Program-made: the position numbers and the translations under genes | Notes under the pieces: generated by a model | Databases searched by the model: none | Told to the model about the DNA's origin: nothing | What the model saw: only the letters and a program-made list of their open reading frames with translations | Part shown: piece after piece, positions 7,585 to 18,195 of the stretch | Layout: each line of letters begins with the position of its first letter | How positions within the stretch are numbered: the first letter of the stretch is position 1 | Source of the DNA: a virus | Lineage: Duplodnaviria; Heunggongvirae; Uroviricota; Caudoviricetes | Length of the DNA stretch: 21,886 nt | IMG/VR virus record: IMGVR_UViG_2909739949_000002 | Location: 146,529-168,414 of that record | Strand: one strand, 5' to 3'

Positions 7585-8514
7585 ATTAATTCTCTTATCT
7601 AGTTCTACACCAGGTAAATCTTCTATATCTAATAGATTAAAAGCTTGTCTAAGTATATCTATATTTATATCTTTGTGCATTCCTAAATAATAAACATATG
7701 GACTTGAAAGTATAAATCTATTAGATCCTTCTCCATCTATAAGACTAGGAGCAACAGGAATTATTAAGTTTCCCTTTACTTGAGAAAATGAATAGAATCC
7801 TGAACTAATTGGATAGAGAAAGAAATAGTCAGTTATATCTAAATCATAGTCTTCTTCTGAAGTGGCTCCATTTATTAATAACTGCTCTCTATTAGGGATT
7901 AATGAAGGAGATGATCTTAAAGTATGAACCCTAAGAGGATAGAAAGGAGTTCCTTCTTTAGATACATCTCTTTCTAGAGAACTAACATTAATAGTAATTA
8001 AAGACTGATCTTCTAAAGTAGATACTCTATTAGCACTATAATCTTTATCTTTATTAAATAAAAGTTTATTAATGCCAACACTATATAAACCTATCAATAT
8101 TAGTAATGTCTTAGTAGAAGAGTAAGTATCATATTGTAAATAATAATAATCTAATACTTTAGATTGCAATACTAAAGTTCTATCTAGAATAGAATTACCA
8201 TACACCCCTGAATGATTAGATACTTTATATAACAACAACCCATCCTTATCATATACAGAGTAAGGATGGTCTAAGTTAATAGAAGAAGATTCCCTAAATG
8301 AATTATCTCCTTCAGTAATATTAAATGATAAATCAGTTGGAGTTATTACTACTATCTTATCTGGATGATTTAATATTCTATGTATATATATAGAAGGATC
8401 TAATTCTTTATATATAACTAAAGATAAGAAATTATTTAAATTACCAAAAGATTGTATTAGGTTAGGAAATCTTTTACTTAAAGTAAAACCTACTTTGTCA
8501 TATAAATCTGTCAT
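7567..8514 (-). CDS. Hypothetical protein, last gene of putative structural operon
   Basis: 315-aa ORF translationally coupled (TAATG) to 8514..9011. Confidence 0.7.
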   Translation of the reverse strand: MTDLYDKVGFTLSKRFPNLIQSFGNLNNFLSLVIYKELDPSIYIHRILNHPDKIVVITPTDLSFNITEGDNSFRESSSINLDHPYSVYDKDGLLLYKVSNHSGVYGNSILDRTLVLQSKVLDYYYLQYDTYSSTKTLLILIGLYSVGINKLLFNKDKDYSANRVSTLEDQSLITINVSSLERDVSKEGTPFYPLRVHTLRSSPSLIPNREQLLINGATSEEDYDLDITDYFFLYPISSGFYSFSQVKGNLIIPVAPSLIDGEGSNRFILSSPYVYYLGMHKDINIDILRQAFNLLDIEDLPGVELDKRINLTLTF

Positions 8515-9011
8515 TAGAGAATCCTAGTAGAAACAATGAAGCTAGTATTGTGGGTAAATGTAACCCCATTAGCAATTGTATAAGGAGCAAGTACTAAAGG
8601 TTCTACTTTAATAAGTGTGCCTATAGTAGAACCTCTATTATTACCATTAGATGCACTAGCTCCTAATACATCTGCTCCTCTTGCATAACAAATATGTGAG
8701 GCGGGCCCTATACTTCCACCATTTGCTGTAAATGTACTAGTTACTGTAACAGTAATAACTCTATTTATAAGATCTTCACTAGAAGTAGAAGTAGTAATGA
8801 TATTTCTTTTATATCCATATAAATTAGTGGCTCCTATTTCCTGAGCAACTGCATTACTCATAGTAAGACTTAATCTATTATTCAGTTCAGTAGGAGTAGG
8901 ACTATCAGTAATGCCTAAAGAAGGCATCTGAATTAGAAAAGATACTAGATTTATCTTTATATAATCTTCTACTAATCTAGTTCTAAATTGATTTGTATAT
9001 ATACTTATCAT
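8514..9011 (-). CDS. Putative tail/baseplate-associated structural protein
   Basis: E....YGYKR...TFTANGGSIGPASH...GTLI....L...TIANG.TF pattern resembles small beta-rich tail-fibre-attachment/baseplate proteins. Confidence 0.55.
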   Translation of the reverse strand: MISIYTNQFRTRLVEDYIKINLVSFLIQMPSLGITDSPTPTELNNRLSLTMSNAVAQEIGATNLYGYKRNIITTSTSSEDLINRVITVTVTSTFTANGGSIGPASHICYARGADVLGASASNGNNRGSTIGTLIKVEPLVLAPYTIANGVTFTHNTSFIVSTRIL

Positions 9012-10012
9012 GATATGTGAATTGTTTCTTCTGTACTACTTGTTGAAGTATTAATAGTATATGTTTGTACTCCTCTATATCCTATTAGAGTTATAGAAGG
9101 ATCTAATAATTTAGCATAGGGAATTAACTGCTGAATTAACGACAGTCCATATTCATGAGGCTTTATAGGAGATAGAAAAGCAGTACCATTACTTCTCTCA
9201 TACATATAAAAAGTAAGATATGGAAAGTAATTATTATTAGTCTTATATCCAGTAAAGGTTCCTATCTGATGGAGATATCCACTAGCAGGATAATAACCTA
9301 TAGAATCTAATATACATTCTTCTATCTCTATTTCCCCTTCTAAAGGAAATCCCAAAGGGAAATCTAATTGCATAGGAGGCAAAGGAGATGTATAGAGCTT
9401 AGTATAGGGCCCATATAATCCTAATAAGTCCTGGTACTCATATAAAATTAGTTCCTTGCGAGTGACTAATCTACCAGTAAAATAAAAACCCGGTAGAAAA
9501 TTATGAGTATATCTATCAGATATCACTACTAAATTAGTATTCCATTCTTCTATTCGACTGTTATATATATAAAACTTATCTGGATAATTAATATTAATAG
9601 AATTAGTATTAACATCCCAGGAATATACTTTAGGTAATTTAGAACTTAGTTTAGTAGTAGTTCCTATATTAACTGGCACATATAGAAATTTACTATCTGT
9701 AATAGTATTCTTACCAGTAATAGATTTATAGAACTCATAGTTTAATTGGCCCTCTAAAGGAACGATACCTACATATCTATAATCCTCATTCAATATTATT
9801 TCAATAGCTTTCTCCCCAAGAAATAACTTAACAGGCTCTACAAAAGTAAATCTATCCCTTTTAGGATACTCTAAATATTTAAGATTCTGTTTTCTTACTA
9901 TTCTTAGATAAGGAGTCAGATTATCTAACTCAATAGGAATAAAGTTATTTATCCCCCTACTAGCTAAGTCATCTATATTAAGTTGTAACTCAGTAGCTAT
10001 ATCATATGTCAT
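9008..10012 (-). CDS. Hypothetical protein, probable virion component
   Basis: 334-aa Tyr/Pro-rich ORF with ATGA overlaps to both neighbours in the operon. Confidence 0.65.
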   Translation of the reverse strand: MTYDIATELQLNIDDLASRGINNFIPIELDNLTPYLRIVRKQNLKYLEYPKRDRFTFVEPVKLFLGEKAIEIILNEDYRYVGIVPLEGQLNYEFYKSITGKNTITDSKFLYVPVNIGTTTKLSSKLPKVYSWDVNTNSININYPDKFYIYNSRIEEWNTNLVVISDRYTHNFLPGFYFTGRLVTRKELILYEYQDLLGLYGPYTKLYTSPLPPMQLDFPLGFPLEGEIEIEECILDSIGYYPASGYLHQIGTFTGYKTNNNYFPYLTFYMYERSNGTAFLSPIKPHEYGLSLIQQLIPYAKLLDPSITLIGYRGVQTYTINTSTSSTEETIHIS

Positions 10013-13000
10013 TTAGGTTTTCTCCAGAATTTACCATTAGGTAATCTAATCTCTTCTATAGAATCTAAAGGTATTTCTCTATCATCTAATCTATCATCAA
10101 AAGGTCTAAAAGTAAGAGTAGGATCATGGATATTAACGTTAATAGCCTTAGCAATAATAGTTTCAGTATTAGTAGTTATATTAAATTGACCTCTAGGTAT
10201 GAAAATACCAGCGTAACCAGATTCTAATATAAAGTTAGTTACCGGATGAAGATTATTTATACTATTAATAGTTTGGTTAGTTTGTGCTTGTCCAGTAAAA
10301 GAACTATTATTAAAAGCTGCTCTACCTTCAGAGGGAAAAGGAATTCCACTGAACCCAGCAAATCTAGCATGAACTTCTGCTATTCTTCTTTTGTTCTCTA
10401 TTAACTGCAATTCTAATTTAACTGTTTTACTAAACTCTTCTGCAAATCCAGTTCTTATTACTACTTGATCTACAGTATTAGGTTTAGAAACTCTAATAGC
10501 AGATATAGCTTTTTGTAATGGAGTAGGCCCAGGAGAACTCTTAGGAGATGGAGGTATATATGTTGTATTAGGATTCTTTTTCTTTTCTTCTTCCTCTTTC
10601 TTATCATAAAGGATAACTGATCTAACATATTGAAAAGATCCATATCCTACACCTAATGAAAGAGAAGCTGCTCCTGCTAATTGAAGTAAAGGATTACTTA
10701 ATAACCTAATTGGATTTAATTGAACCCTATTAGAAACTAATCCTCCTACTACTTTTTCACTAGTACTATTAACTGAGTTAGTTAAATCATAAGTTTTATT
10801 AGGAACTACTATAGAAGGAGGTGGAGCTGGAGGTGGAATAGGAGGTGGGAGAGGTGGCTCAACTTTGTTAACTGTAGTATTAGTAGTCTCTATGGGAGTG
10901 GGGTCAGGATTAACATCAGGAGCAGCTTCTTCAATAGGAGAGTTCCATATATCTAATTCTGCTGGCTGATCAATAGCAGGTGTAGGTTTAATACCATTTG
11001 CCTCCTTAGCCGCCTCATAGATATTATCTAAGTCATCAGAAATATTTCCTAACTCTACTAGTTCTGGATCTTGAGCAACTACTGGCTGCTGTATAACAAT
11101 AGGTTCCTCTATTACAGGTGTAACTTCAGGTGGAGTAAAATCCTCAAATGTTGTAGTAGTAGGTGTTTCTTGAACTGCTACTGAAGCTTCCGTCTCATTA
11201 ATTACTGGAGTAGTCTCCTGTATAGCATCTGATTCTTGTTTATACTCAGCTAATACTTCTTCTGAATTAACTTTAGGTGGTTCATCGATTACTTTAGGTA
11301 CTGCATCTTCATTTACTACAGGGATAGGAGGTTCTTCTACAGGAACAGAAGTATCAATTGGATTAGGATTAGGCGCTTCGGGATTTATTTCCCAGGGTGG
11401 TTTAGGAGCAGGAGGCAATAACTCAGAAGGTTTAGGTACTTCTTCTGGTTGAATTATAAATTCATCTATAGCTTTCTGGAACTCATCTGTCTGTATAACA
11501 GGATCTATATCTAATGAAGAGTTAGTAGGAGTAAGAGTATATAGACCATCGCCATCAATCTGTCCAGTCTCTAATAATAATCTTCTTTCTGCAAGAACAT
11601 TATCTAATCCATCTGCTACTTGTTTACTAACTATCTTCTCAACTACGTCTCCTTTATTATTTGTATAAGTTACTCTATATTTACCTGTTGCTTCATATTT
11701 TATAGGACTCCCTATAGCATTTCTCGCTATAACCTTTCTGTCTGGAACTATCTTTGTTGGATTAATGGCATCATTTATTATAGATATATCTTCATTAATT
11801 GCTAGTATTTCTTCTTTAACTTTATTATTAATAGGAACATACTCTTTAACTTCTTTACCCTTTTTCTTAACTACCCTAACTTCTCTAAAGTTAGCTTCAG
11901 ATGGTTGATAAGGTGTACCAGCTTTTTCTTGTATAGTCTTTCTATAATTAAGATCTTGTAATTTAAACTGCTCTAATCTTTCTTCCCTGGCTTGTTTCTT
12001 AGCTAATGCTTCATCTAAAGATTGTTCTAGATCAGAAGTTCTAGAATCTACTTCATTCTCTATAGTTCTTCTAGAAGCATATCTAGTAGTAGTTCCTTGT
12101 TCTACTATTTCCTGAAATTCCGCATTAGTAATAGACTGCTTAAATTCTTTACCAGCAGAGTTTTTATATGTAATTAGTACATTATCATCAGAACTAGTAG
12201 AAAAGCCTACTATATCTGAGTCAGATGGAATGAAATCTAACTCTCCTGATTGAAGTACTTTATTTATCCTTACAGACTCTTCTGCACTTAGATCTACTGC
12301 TTTTAAATTACCAGAGGTATCTTTATAAGAATATCTATAAGTAGGTGTAGTTGATGCTGTTGATGGTACAACAGCAACATCGGGTACTACATCTGGAGGA
12401 ATAGTGGCTACAATTTCCTTTACTGGATCTGGCGGAGGTGTAGATGGAGGTTTAGGAGCACTTGAACTCGAAGTTGTATTCTTAGCTACAAAACTATCTA
12501 TAAAATCTACTTCTGCTTTATTAGAAGTAGATCCTCCAGTTTTATAATTAGGATAGCTAGTATTAGTATTAGTTCTTTTATTAAATACATTTATACCATT
12601 AACACTATCTTCATATTGAATCTGAACTATATCTCCTTTCTTACCGGATATAACACCAGTTGAATCTTTCTGTAATTCAAACTCATAAGTTCTAGCAGGA
12701 GTTCCTGAAGCTTTTCCTACTCCTTCTGGAATATCTGATTTAAGAGTTGCACTAGGAGGTGTAGGGTTAGTTGGTTTAGCTGTACCTGGTTTATATGGAG
12801 CAGGAGGACTCTGTGAATAAAGACTATTCTTAAAACTACCAACAACATCTGTAGATTCACTATTCTGATAGAAGAAGTTATCAAGAAAGTCTTTCTCTTG
12901 TGAATCAGGTTTTATAGTATTGATAGAACCAGTTTTATTATCAGGGGTTTGGTAAGTAATCTTTCTCTTAACAGAACTTCCTGAAATAGAACCACCTGAA

Positions 13001-15741
13001 TTATTACCAGATACCTCATATGTGAATTTAGTACCAGCAGGAAACTTATCTATCCTTCCAACTGAGGAAGCCATATCTTCTTGTAGAGTACCCTCGAAAG
13101 TATATTTGAAATTACCACCAGTATCAACTTCAGTAATAGCCCTACTACTAGTTCCTTTAGGAATAGTACTTGTACTACTACTAGTAGAACTAGTGGTAGA
13201 TGTTTTAGGAGGAGATGAAGGTGTAGAAGTAGAGGGAGATTTAACTTCTGGGTCTGGAGTAGTAGTTCTTTCTACTGGAGTTGGAGGGGGTGGTGTTCTA
13301 ATAGCTACTACCTTTTCTATAATCTCTTTAATAGATTCATCATCAGGAGGTAGAACTATTTCTACTGATTCAGGAGTAGCAGGTGCATAATCTTCAAATT
13401 TAATGACAGCTTTACCTTCACTGTTTCTAGAAACCTTAATGTTATTATTAGCTGGAATAGTATACTCAACTCCATCTACTCCTTTAATACTTATATCTTT
13501 ATCAAAACTAACATCAGTAGATACATCTGCTTCTATATCTGCAAACTTAGCTGCCTGACTAACTCCTGATCCAGATACTTTAACAGAAGTATATTTACTA
13601 AGAGCTTGTCCAAAAGTTATAGGAGCTGGTCTATTTTTATATAATCTTCCTAAAGTAACTTTATTAACTATACCTGTAGTAAGGGGACTAAAGAAAGATT
13701 CATCAAAAGCTTTAACAGCTCCACCTAAAGCATTTAATTCGGCTCCTGGAGCTTTACCTACAGTACCAACAGCTTTTAATACTCCTGATATAGGGTCTGC
13801 TACAAAGCCCCCAACTTTTAACACACCACTAGCTAACTTAGCAGAAGCACCAGTCCCTTGAGCAGCAGTCGTTAGAGCTTTACTTATACCTAAAGCTCTA
13901 GCAGGATACTTAGCTAAACTAGCAGCAGGAAGAACAGTTAATAGTAACTCTAGGTCGCTAGCATTATTACCTAGATCATTTCCTTGACCTTGATCTATAA
14001 GGCGTTTAATTCTAGTCCCAGTGTCAAAACAAATAAGAGCAGCTAAACCAGCAGTTAAACCTAAAGTGGCTCCACTAGCTCCTATTGTAGTAGCGCAACC
14101 TATTGCTGATCCAACAAGTACTACATGATTTTTAATAGCAGTGGCCGCATCACCATACTTTCTTCCAGATAGATTCTTAAATTCCTTTTCACTAATCCTA
14201 TCTATATAAGTAGAACCATCAGAAGTACCCCTAACAAAATACTCTGTTATAGTTTGTCCAGTATTAGGATCTACATAAGTAATTTTATTAACTAATACTT
14301 CTCTACCATTAGCATCAACAGCAGCAAACTCTTCTACCTTACCTAAAGCTTTACCGTTACCATCTTTTCCTTCAGCTAAAGCTATAATCTCACCTAATCT
14401 TTTCATTAAAGCTACATCAGCTTTAATCCTATTCTTTTTATCTAATGCCGCATTCTCTTCTTTCTGTAACTGAATAGCAGCAGTTAGATCATTATTTAGA
14501 TTAATAGGAATCTTACTAACTAATCCCATATCAGATACTTCTAATTGAAGTGTATACCAAGTTCTATCAGAACGTTGTTGATATACTTCCATAGATTTGA
14601 CTATGGCTTTGAATTTAGGATTACCATTAGCAGCTCTTATTACTGAATCTTCTTTACTAGGACTAGTTAATGTTCTATATTTACTTGAGTTGATTTCTAC
14701 TTCCATTTCTACACCTTGTAGAATTGCAAAGTTATAAAACTCTTGTAAATCTCTATAAGAATCTACTAAAGTAGCTAGACTATTTAATTCAGCTAAAGAA
14801 GATGCAGTATTATCAAATATACTTCTATTACCAACCTGTTCCCAAGGAGCTTTATCTGGATCTGCATATGGTTTAGCTCCATCTCCACCAGCAAAAGCGC
14901 CGACCATAGTAACTAATAAAGTATCCATACCTAGATTCTGAAATACAGGTTGGAAGCCTACAGTTTTAAACTTAGCTAGATTAGGAATTATTTTAAAAGA
15001 TAATCCAGGCATTACATTAGGAACATCTCTACTACCTTGCATAGGTAAGGTAGAGTTAATAGCTGGTAGTAAAGTTAAGTAAAACTCTTTATCAGTTATT
15101 TGAGTATTATTAACTGGGCCCGCACTTGGGTTATTAAAATTAGGATCATCAGCTTTCTTTAGAGTTCTAAATCTAACACCCCAAGTATCTCTAGGTTTTT
15201 CTGGTGTATCTTTTACTTCTTTAGGAAGTTCAGATTTATCTGGTTTATTAGGATTGCCGCTCTGACCTAAATCAATAGAAGGAGTTCTCTTAGTATCTAC
15301 ATTAAGTAAAGGTTTAGTTGAAGCCTTATTTAACTTTAACCATCTACTAGTAATAGACTGCAACTCTGATATAGCTTTAGGTAATACAGCTATATCTTTC
15401 TGAAATAGTGAAGAATTAAAATCCTGATTACCTTTAACTCTTGCATATACTAAGTTGAAATTATTATAGGTATTTAGAATATTATTTATATCAAATAAAT
15501 TATCTGATACCTCGCTTTCTCCTAGAGTATTAGCTAAAGGGAAGTATGATAGGCTATTTAACAAAGCTGAGTAAACAGAGTCTAAAGCTGTAGGAAGATT
15601 CCCATATCTTTGATAATCTAAAGAAGTGTTATCTATTGAACCTTCATATAGTTTTCTTATTCTTCCTATTATTCCTTCTTTATTAGTGTAAGCATCCCAT
15701 TTCTTAGCTTCATTAATTAGTGATTCTCTAGTATCAGTCAT
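10009..15741 (-). CDS. Giant (1910 aa) modular protein, probable virion tail-associated/ejected protein
   Basis: N-terminal region with PVFQNLGMDTLLVTMVGAF (reminiscent of GpU/tail-tube-initiator folds); Gly/Ala hydrophobic helices (~14030-14130); Pro/Ser/Thr linkers separating repeated small domains; acidic Pro-rich stalk; hydrophobic segment near the C-terminus (~10630-10700). Confidence 0.6.
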   Translation of the reverse strand: MTDTRESLINEAKKWDAYTNKEGIIGRIRKLYEGSIDNTSLDYQRYGNLPTALDSVYSALLNSLSYFPLANTLGESEVSDNLFDINNILNTYNNFNLVYARVKGNQDFNSSLFQKDIAVLPKAISELQSITSRWLKLNKASTKPLLNVDTKRTPSIDLGQSGNPNKPDKSELPKEVKDTPEKPRDTWGVRFRTLKKADDPNFNNPSAGPVNNTQITDKEFYLTLLPAINSTLPMQGSRDVPNVMPGLSFKIIPNLAKFKTVGFQPVFQNLGMDTLLVTMVGAFAGGDGAKPYADPDKAPWEQVGNRSIFDNTASSLAELNSLATLVDSYRDLQEFYNFAILQGVEMEVEINSSKYRTLTSPSKEDSVIRAANGNPKFKAIVKSMEVYQQRSDRTWYTLQLEVSDMGLVSKIPINLNNDLTAAIQLQKEENAALDKKNRIKADVALMKRLGEIIALAEGKDGNGKALGKVEEFAAVDANGREVLVNKITYVDPNTGQTITEYFVRGTSDGSTYIDRISEKEFKNLSGRKYGDAATAIKNHVVLVGSAIGCATTIGASGATLGLTAGLAALICFDTGTRIKRLIDQGQGNDLGNNASDLELLLTVLPAASLAKYPARALGISKALTTAAQGTGASAKLASGVLKVGGFVADPISGVLKAVGTVGKAPGAELNALGGAVKAFDESFFSPLTTGIVNKVTLGRLYKNRPAPITFGQALSKYTSVKVSGSGVSQAAKFADIEADVSTDVSFDKDISIKGVDGVEYTIPANNNIKVSRNSEGKAVIKFEDYAPATPESVEIVLPPDDESIKEIIEKVVAIRTPPPPTPVERTTTPDPEVKSPSTSTPSSPPKTSTTSSTSSSTSTIPKGTSSRAITEVDTGGNFKYTFEGTLQEDMASSVGRIDKFPAGTKFTYEVSGNNSGGSISGSSVKRKITYQTPDNKTGSINTIKPDSQEKDFLDNFFYQNSESTDVVGSFKNSLYSQSPPAPYKPGTAKPTNPTPPSATLKSDIPEGVGKASGTPARTYEFELQKDSTGVISGKKGDIVQIQYEDSVNGINVFNKRTNTNTSYPNYKTGGSTSNKAEVDFIDSFVAKNTTSSSSAPKPPSTPPPDPVKEIVATIPPDVVPDVAVVPSTASTTPTYRYSYKDTSGNLKAVDLSAEESVRINKVLQSGELDFIPSDSDIVGFSTSSDDNVLITYKNSAGKEFKQSITNAEFQEIVEQGTTTRYASRRTIENEVDSRTSDLEQSLDEALAKKQAREERLEQFKLQDLNYRKTIQEKAGTPYQPSEANFREVRVVKKKGKEVKEYVPINNKVKEEILAINEDISIINDAINPTKIVPDRKVIARNAIGSPIKYEATGKYRVTYTNNKGDVVEKIVSKQVADGLDNVLAERRLLLETGQIDGDGLYTLTPTNSSLDIDPVIQTDEFQKAIDEFIIQPEEVPKPSELLPPAPKPPWEINPEAPNPNPIDTSVPVEEPPIPVVNEDAVPKVIDEPPKVNSEEVLAEYKQESDAIQETTPVINETEASVAVQETPTTTTFEDFTPPEVTPVIEEPIVIQQPVVAQDPELVELGNISDDLDNIYEAAKEANGIKPTPAIDQPAELDIWNSPIEEAAPDVNPDPTPIETTNTTVNKVEPPLPPPIPPPAPPPSIVVPNKTYDLTNSVNSTSEKVVGGLVSNRVQLNPIRLLSNPLLQLAGAASLSLGVGYGSFQYVRSVILYDKKEEEEKKKNPNTTYIPPSPKSSPGPTPLQKAISAIRVSKPNTVDQVVIRTGFAEEFSKTVKLELQLIENKRRIAEVHARFAGFSGIPFPSEGRAAFNNSSFTGQAQTNQTINSINNLHPVTNFILESGYAGIFIPRGQFNITTNTETIIAKAINVNIHDPTLTFRPFDDRLDDREIPLDSIEEIRLPNGKFWRKPK

Positions 15742-15742
15742 A

Positions 15743-16186
15743 TTAAACTCCTCTATTGATAAGTGCTATTACTATCTCTCTAAGAGAAGTAACATTATAT
15801 TGATTAAAAGAAGCAAATCCTAATTGAAGACTTGCAGTAGATATATCTTGAGGATCTAATAGAGAATAAATTCTATAGCTGCCAGTATCATGAAAGGATT
15901 TATAAGGAGATAGATTATAGACTATTGATGCAGAAGGTAATTGAAGAGTATCAAAGTAATCTAATCTTAATCTAGAAACCATTTCTAATTCCTCATTGGT
16001 AAATAAGGAAGAATTAATATTCTGTAAAAGAATAGCTAGACCTATTAGTTTAGAGCTTTCTACATTTAAGCTTCTAAGTCTAAGCTCTTTTAATTTAGTG
16101 TTTACTCTAGAGCCCCTTAATTCTAAAGGGTGCCCATAATCTTCAGTAGGTAATTTAGATAGGAATGATTGTAATAGTTCATCCAT
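15743..16186 (-). CDS. Hypothetical protein, first gene of minus-strand operon
   Basis: 147-aa ORF ending 1 nt before the giant gene start; its 3' end carries the GAGGAG RBS for that gene. Confidence 0.7.
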   Translation of the reverse strand: MDELLQSFLSKLPTEDYGHPLELRGSRVNTKLKELRLRSLNVESSKLIGLAILLQNINSSLFTNEELEMVSRLRLDYFDTLQLPSASIVYNLSPYKSFHDTGSYRIYSLLDPQDISTASLQLGFASFNQYNVTSLREIVIALINRGV

Positions 16187-16257
16187 AAGAGATGAGGCAA
16201 TTTATTAATTAATTAATTTAAAGAGATATCTAATGCAGATATGTAGGAGAAATATAA

Positions 16258-17346
16258 ATGGAATTAGAAGTTCAGAAATATTTAAGAGATAAAGGTTCTT
16301 TAGAATCTTTAGAGAAAGAGTTAGCTATTAGTTCTAAGAGACATAAATTATTTCCTAATCTAGTCCTATTGAAATATTCTCAAATTGATTCTCCAAGAAC
16401 TCATGAAGTAGTAAAACAATGTAGAGGTATTATTTTAGATGAAGAAGATAATTGGAAAGTAATTAGCTATCCTTATAAACGCTTTTATAATGCAGAAGAA
16501 TATGGAGCTGATGAAATAGATTGGAGTAATGCTACTTGCTATGAGAAACTAGACGGCTCTCTTTGTACAATTGCTAAATATAAGAATAGATGGTTTGTTT
16601 CTACTAGTGGATCTCCAGATGCTAGTGGTTCAGTAGGAGATTTTAACTTTACCTTTGAGGATTTATTCTGGAAGACTTTTGATGAACTATACGACATATC
16701 TTGTTTATTAAATTTAAATGAGCAGGTATGTTTTATGTTTGAGTTATTAACTCCATATAATCAAGTCATAGTTAGACATGATACTAGTAGATTAATTTTA
16801 CATGGAGCGCGTAGATTAGATACTCTGGAAGAATTAGATCCCTTAAAGATAGCTAAAGAAATAGGCTGGGAACCTATAAAGACATATCCATTTACTACAT
16901 GGGCGGATATTCAAGCCGCCATAGTAGATATAGATGGTAGTAAATCAGAAGGATATGTAGTAGTAGATAAAGAATTCAGAAGAGTAAAAGTAAAGAGTCC
17001 TCAATATGTAGCCCTCTCTCATCTTAAAGAGGGTATTACTTCTAGAAGAATATTAGAGATAGTTAGAACTAATGAGGGGTCTGAGTTTCTAGCTTATTTC
17101 CCCGCCTTCAAAGATATCTATATAGATTATCTAGATAAATACAAACAGCTAGTAGAAGATATAGATATCGTCTATCAGAAAGTTAAAGATATAAAGGGCA
17201 GAAAGGAATTAGCTATGGAGATAAAACATTTACCTTATAGTGGAATAATATTTGCTCTAGTAGATGGACATACATCTTCTATTAGAGAAGGCTTAAGAAC
17301 CACTCATATAGATAAATTAGCCTCTTGGTTAGGAGTTAAAGAATGA
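16258..17346 (+). CDS. T4 Rnl1-like ATP-dependent RNA ligase
   Basis: QCRGIILD, PYKRFYN, motif I EKLDGS, motif III FMFEL, motif IV EGYVV, motif V RVKVKS; AGGAGA RBS. Confidence 0.9.
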   Translation: MELEVQKYLRDKGSLESLEKELAISSKRHKLFPNLVLLKYSQIDSPRTHEVVKQCRGIILDEEDNWKVISYPYKRFYNAEEYGADEIDWSNATCYEKLDGSLCTIAKYKNRWFVSTSGSPDASGSVGDFNFTFEDLFWKTFDELYDISCLLNLNEQVCFMFELLTPYNQVIVRHDTSRLILHGARRLDTLEELDPLKIAKEIGWEPIKTYPFTTWADIQAAIVDIDGSKSEGYVVVDKEFRRVKVKSPQYVALSHLKEGITSRRILEIVRTNEGSEFLAYFPAFKDIYIDYLDKYKQLVEDIDIVYQKVKDIKGRKELAMEIKHLPYSGIIFALVDGHTSSIREGLRTTHIDKLASWLGVKE

Positions 17347-17774
17347 GTAGAGAAAGTAAGAGAATTATCCAAGAGAGAGAAGAATTAACTAGAACACAGA
17401 ATAGAAGAATGTTCTTGAATAGCTTACCTAGAAAGCTACTAGAGTTAATGTTGGAAGTGGAAAGTATAGGAGGCTCTTATAAAGTTACTTCTATAGATTT
17501 CCATGAGCTAACTAAATCAAGTGAGATAGAAATTGAGTTTAAGTGGTATGACTTATCTAATACTACTCAGAAGTACTACTTAAATACTGCTAGTGAGGAA
17601 TGGGAGTTACAAAATGTAGTAGATAAGGTTCAGTCCTACAAGAGAGAGTTGGAAAGGGATAATTATCTAAAAGAGATATCTAAAGAAGCTAGACAGAAAG
17701 CAAAGGAGGCGCTAACTGAAGATCAATTAGAAGCCTTAGTTAGATATGTAAAAGAAACAGGAGTAATTAATTAG
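17343..17774 (+). CDS. Hypothetical protein, small paralog family member 1
   Basis: KLLELMLEVESIG helix, IEIEFKW strand, LNTASEE, then coiled coil ending ALTEDQLEAL. Confidence 0.75.
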   Translation: MSRESKRIIQEREELTRTQNRRMFLNSLPRKLLELMLEVESIGGSYKVTSIDFHELTKSSEIEIEFKWYDLSNTTQKYYLNTASEEWELQNVVDKVQSYKRELERDNYLKEISKEARQKAKEALTEDQLEALVRYVKETGVIN

Positions 17775-17775
17775 T

Positions 17776-18195
17776 ATGGCATTAGAAAGATATCAAGACT
17801 TAGATCTAAGATTGGCGGCGATGTTAGATCTAATAGCTATGGCTCAGAAAGAAGATGTAAAAGCTATTGTTATGAATAGCAAAGAAGAGAATCCATATAA
17901 GAAAGAAGATAAAGACATTATATGTGTGAGATTTGAACATGAAGGAAAGAATTTAGGTATAATTAGTAGCCATACTACACTAGCTTATCCAGTAGATATT
18001 AAGAGGCAATTAGAAAGGATAAGAGATGAAAGGATAGAGAAGGAATTAAAATATGAACAATTACTTAGCGCCTTAGGAACTATTAGAGATAATCTTTCTC
18101 CTGAAGAGTTAAAGGCTCTGAATGAAATTATTCCAATACAACAAACAATCTATAACTATTTAAGAAAGGAGTCTAAAGATGAAGGAGAATATTAG
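17776..18195 (+). CDS. Hypothetical protein, small paralog family member 2
   Basis: AMLDLIAMAQKEDV, CVRFEH, IISS, coiled coil, LSPEELKAL. Confidence 0.75.
   Translation: MALERYQDLDLRLAAMLDLIAMAQKEDVKAIVMNSKEENPYKKEDKDIICVRFEHEGKNLGIISSHTTLAYPVDIKRQLERIRDERIEKELKYEQLLSALGTIRDNLSPEELKALNEIIPIQQTIYNYLRKESKDEGEY

Noticed and set aside
11620-11805. Plus-strand 61-aa ORF
   Set aside because: Antisense within the 1910-aa gene; implausible composition.
13022-13390. Plus-strand 122-aa ORF
   Set aside because: Antisense mirror of the Pro/Thr/Ser low-complexity linker.
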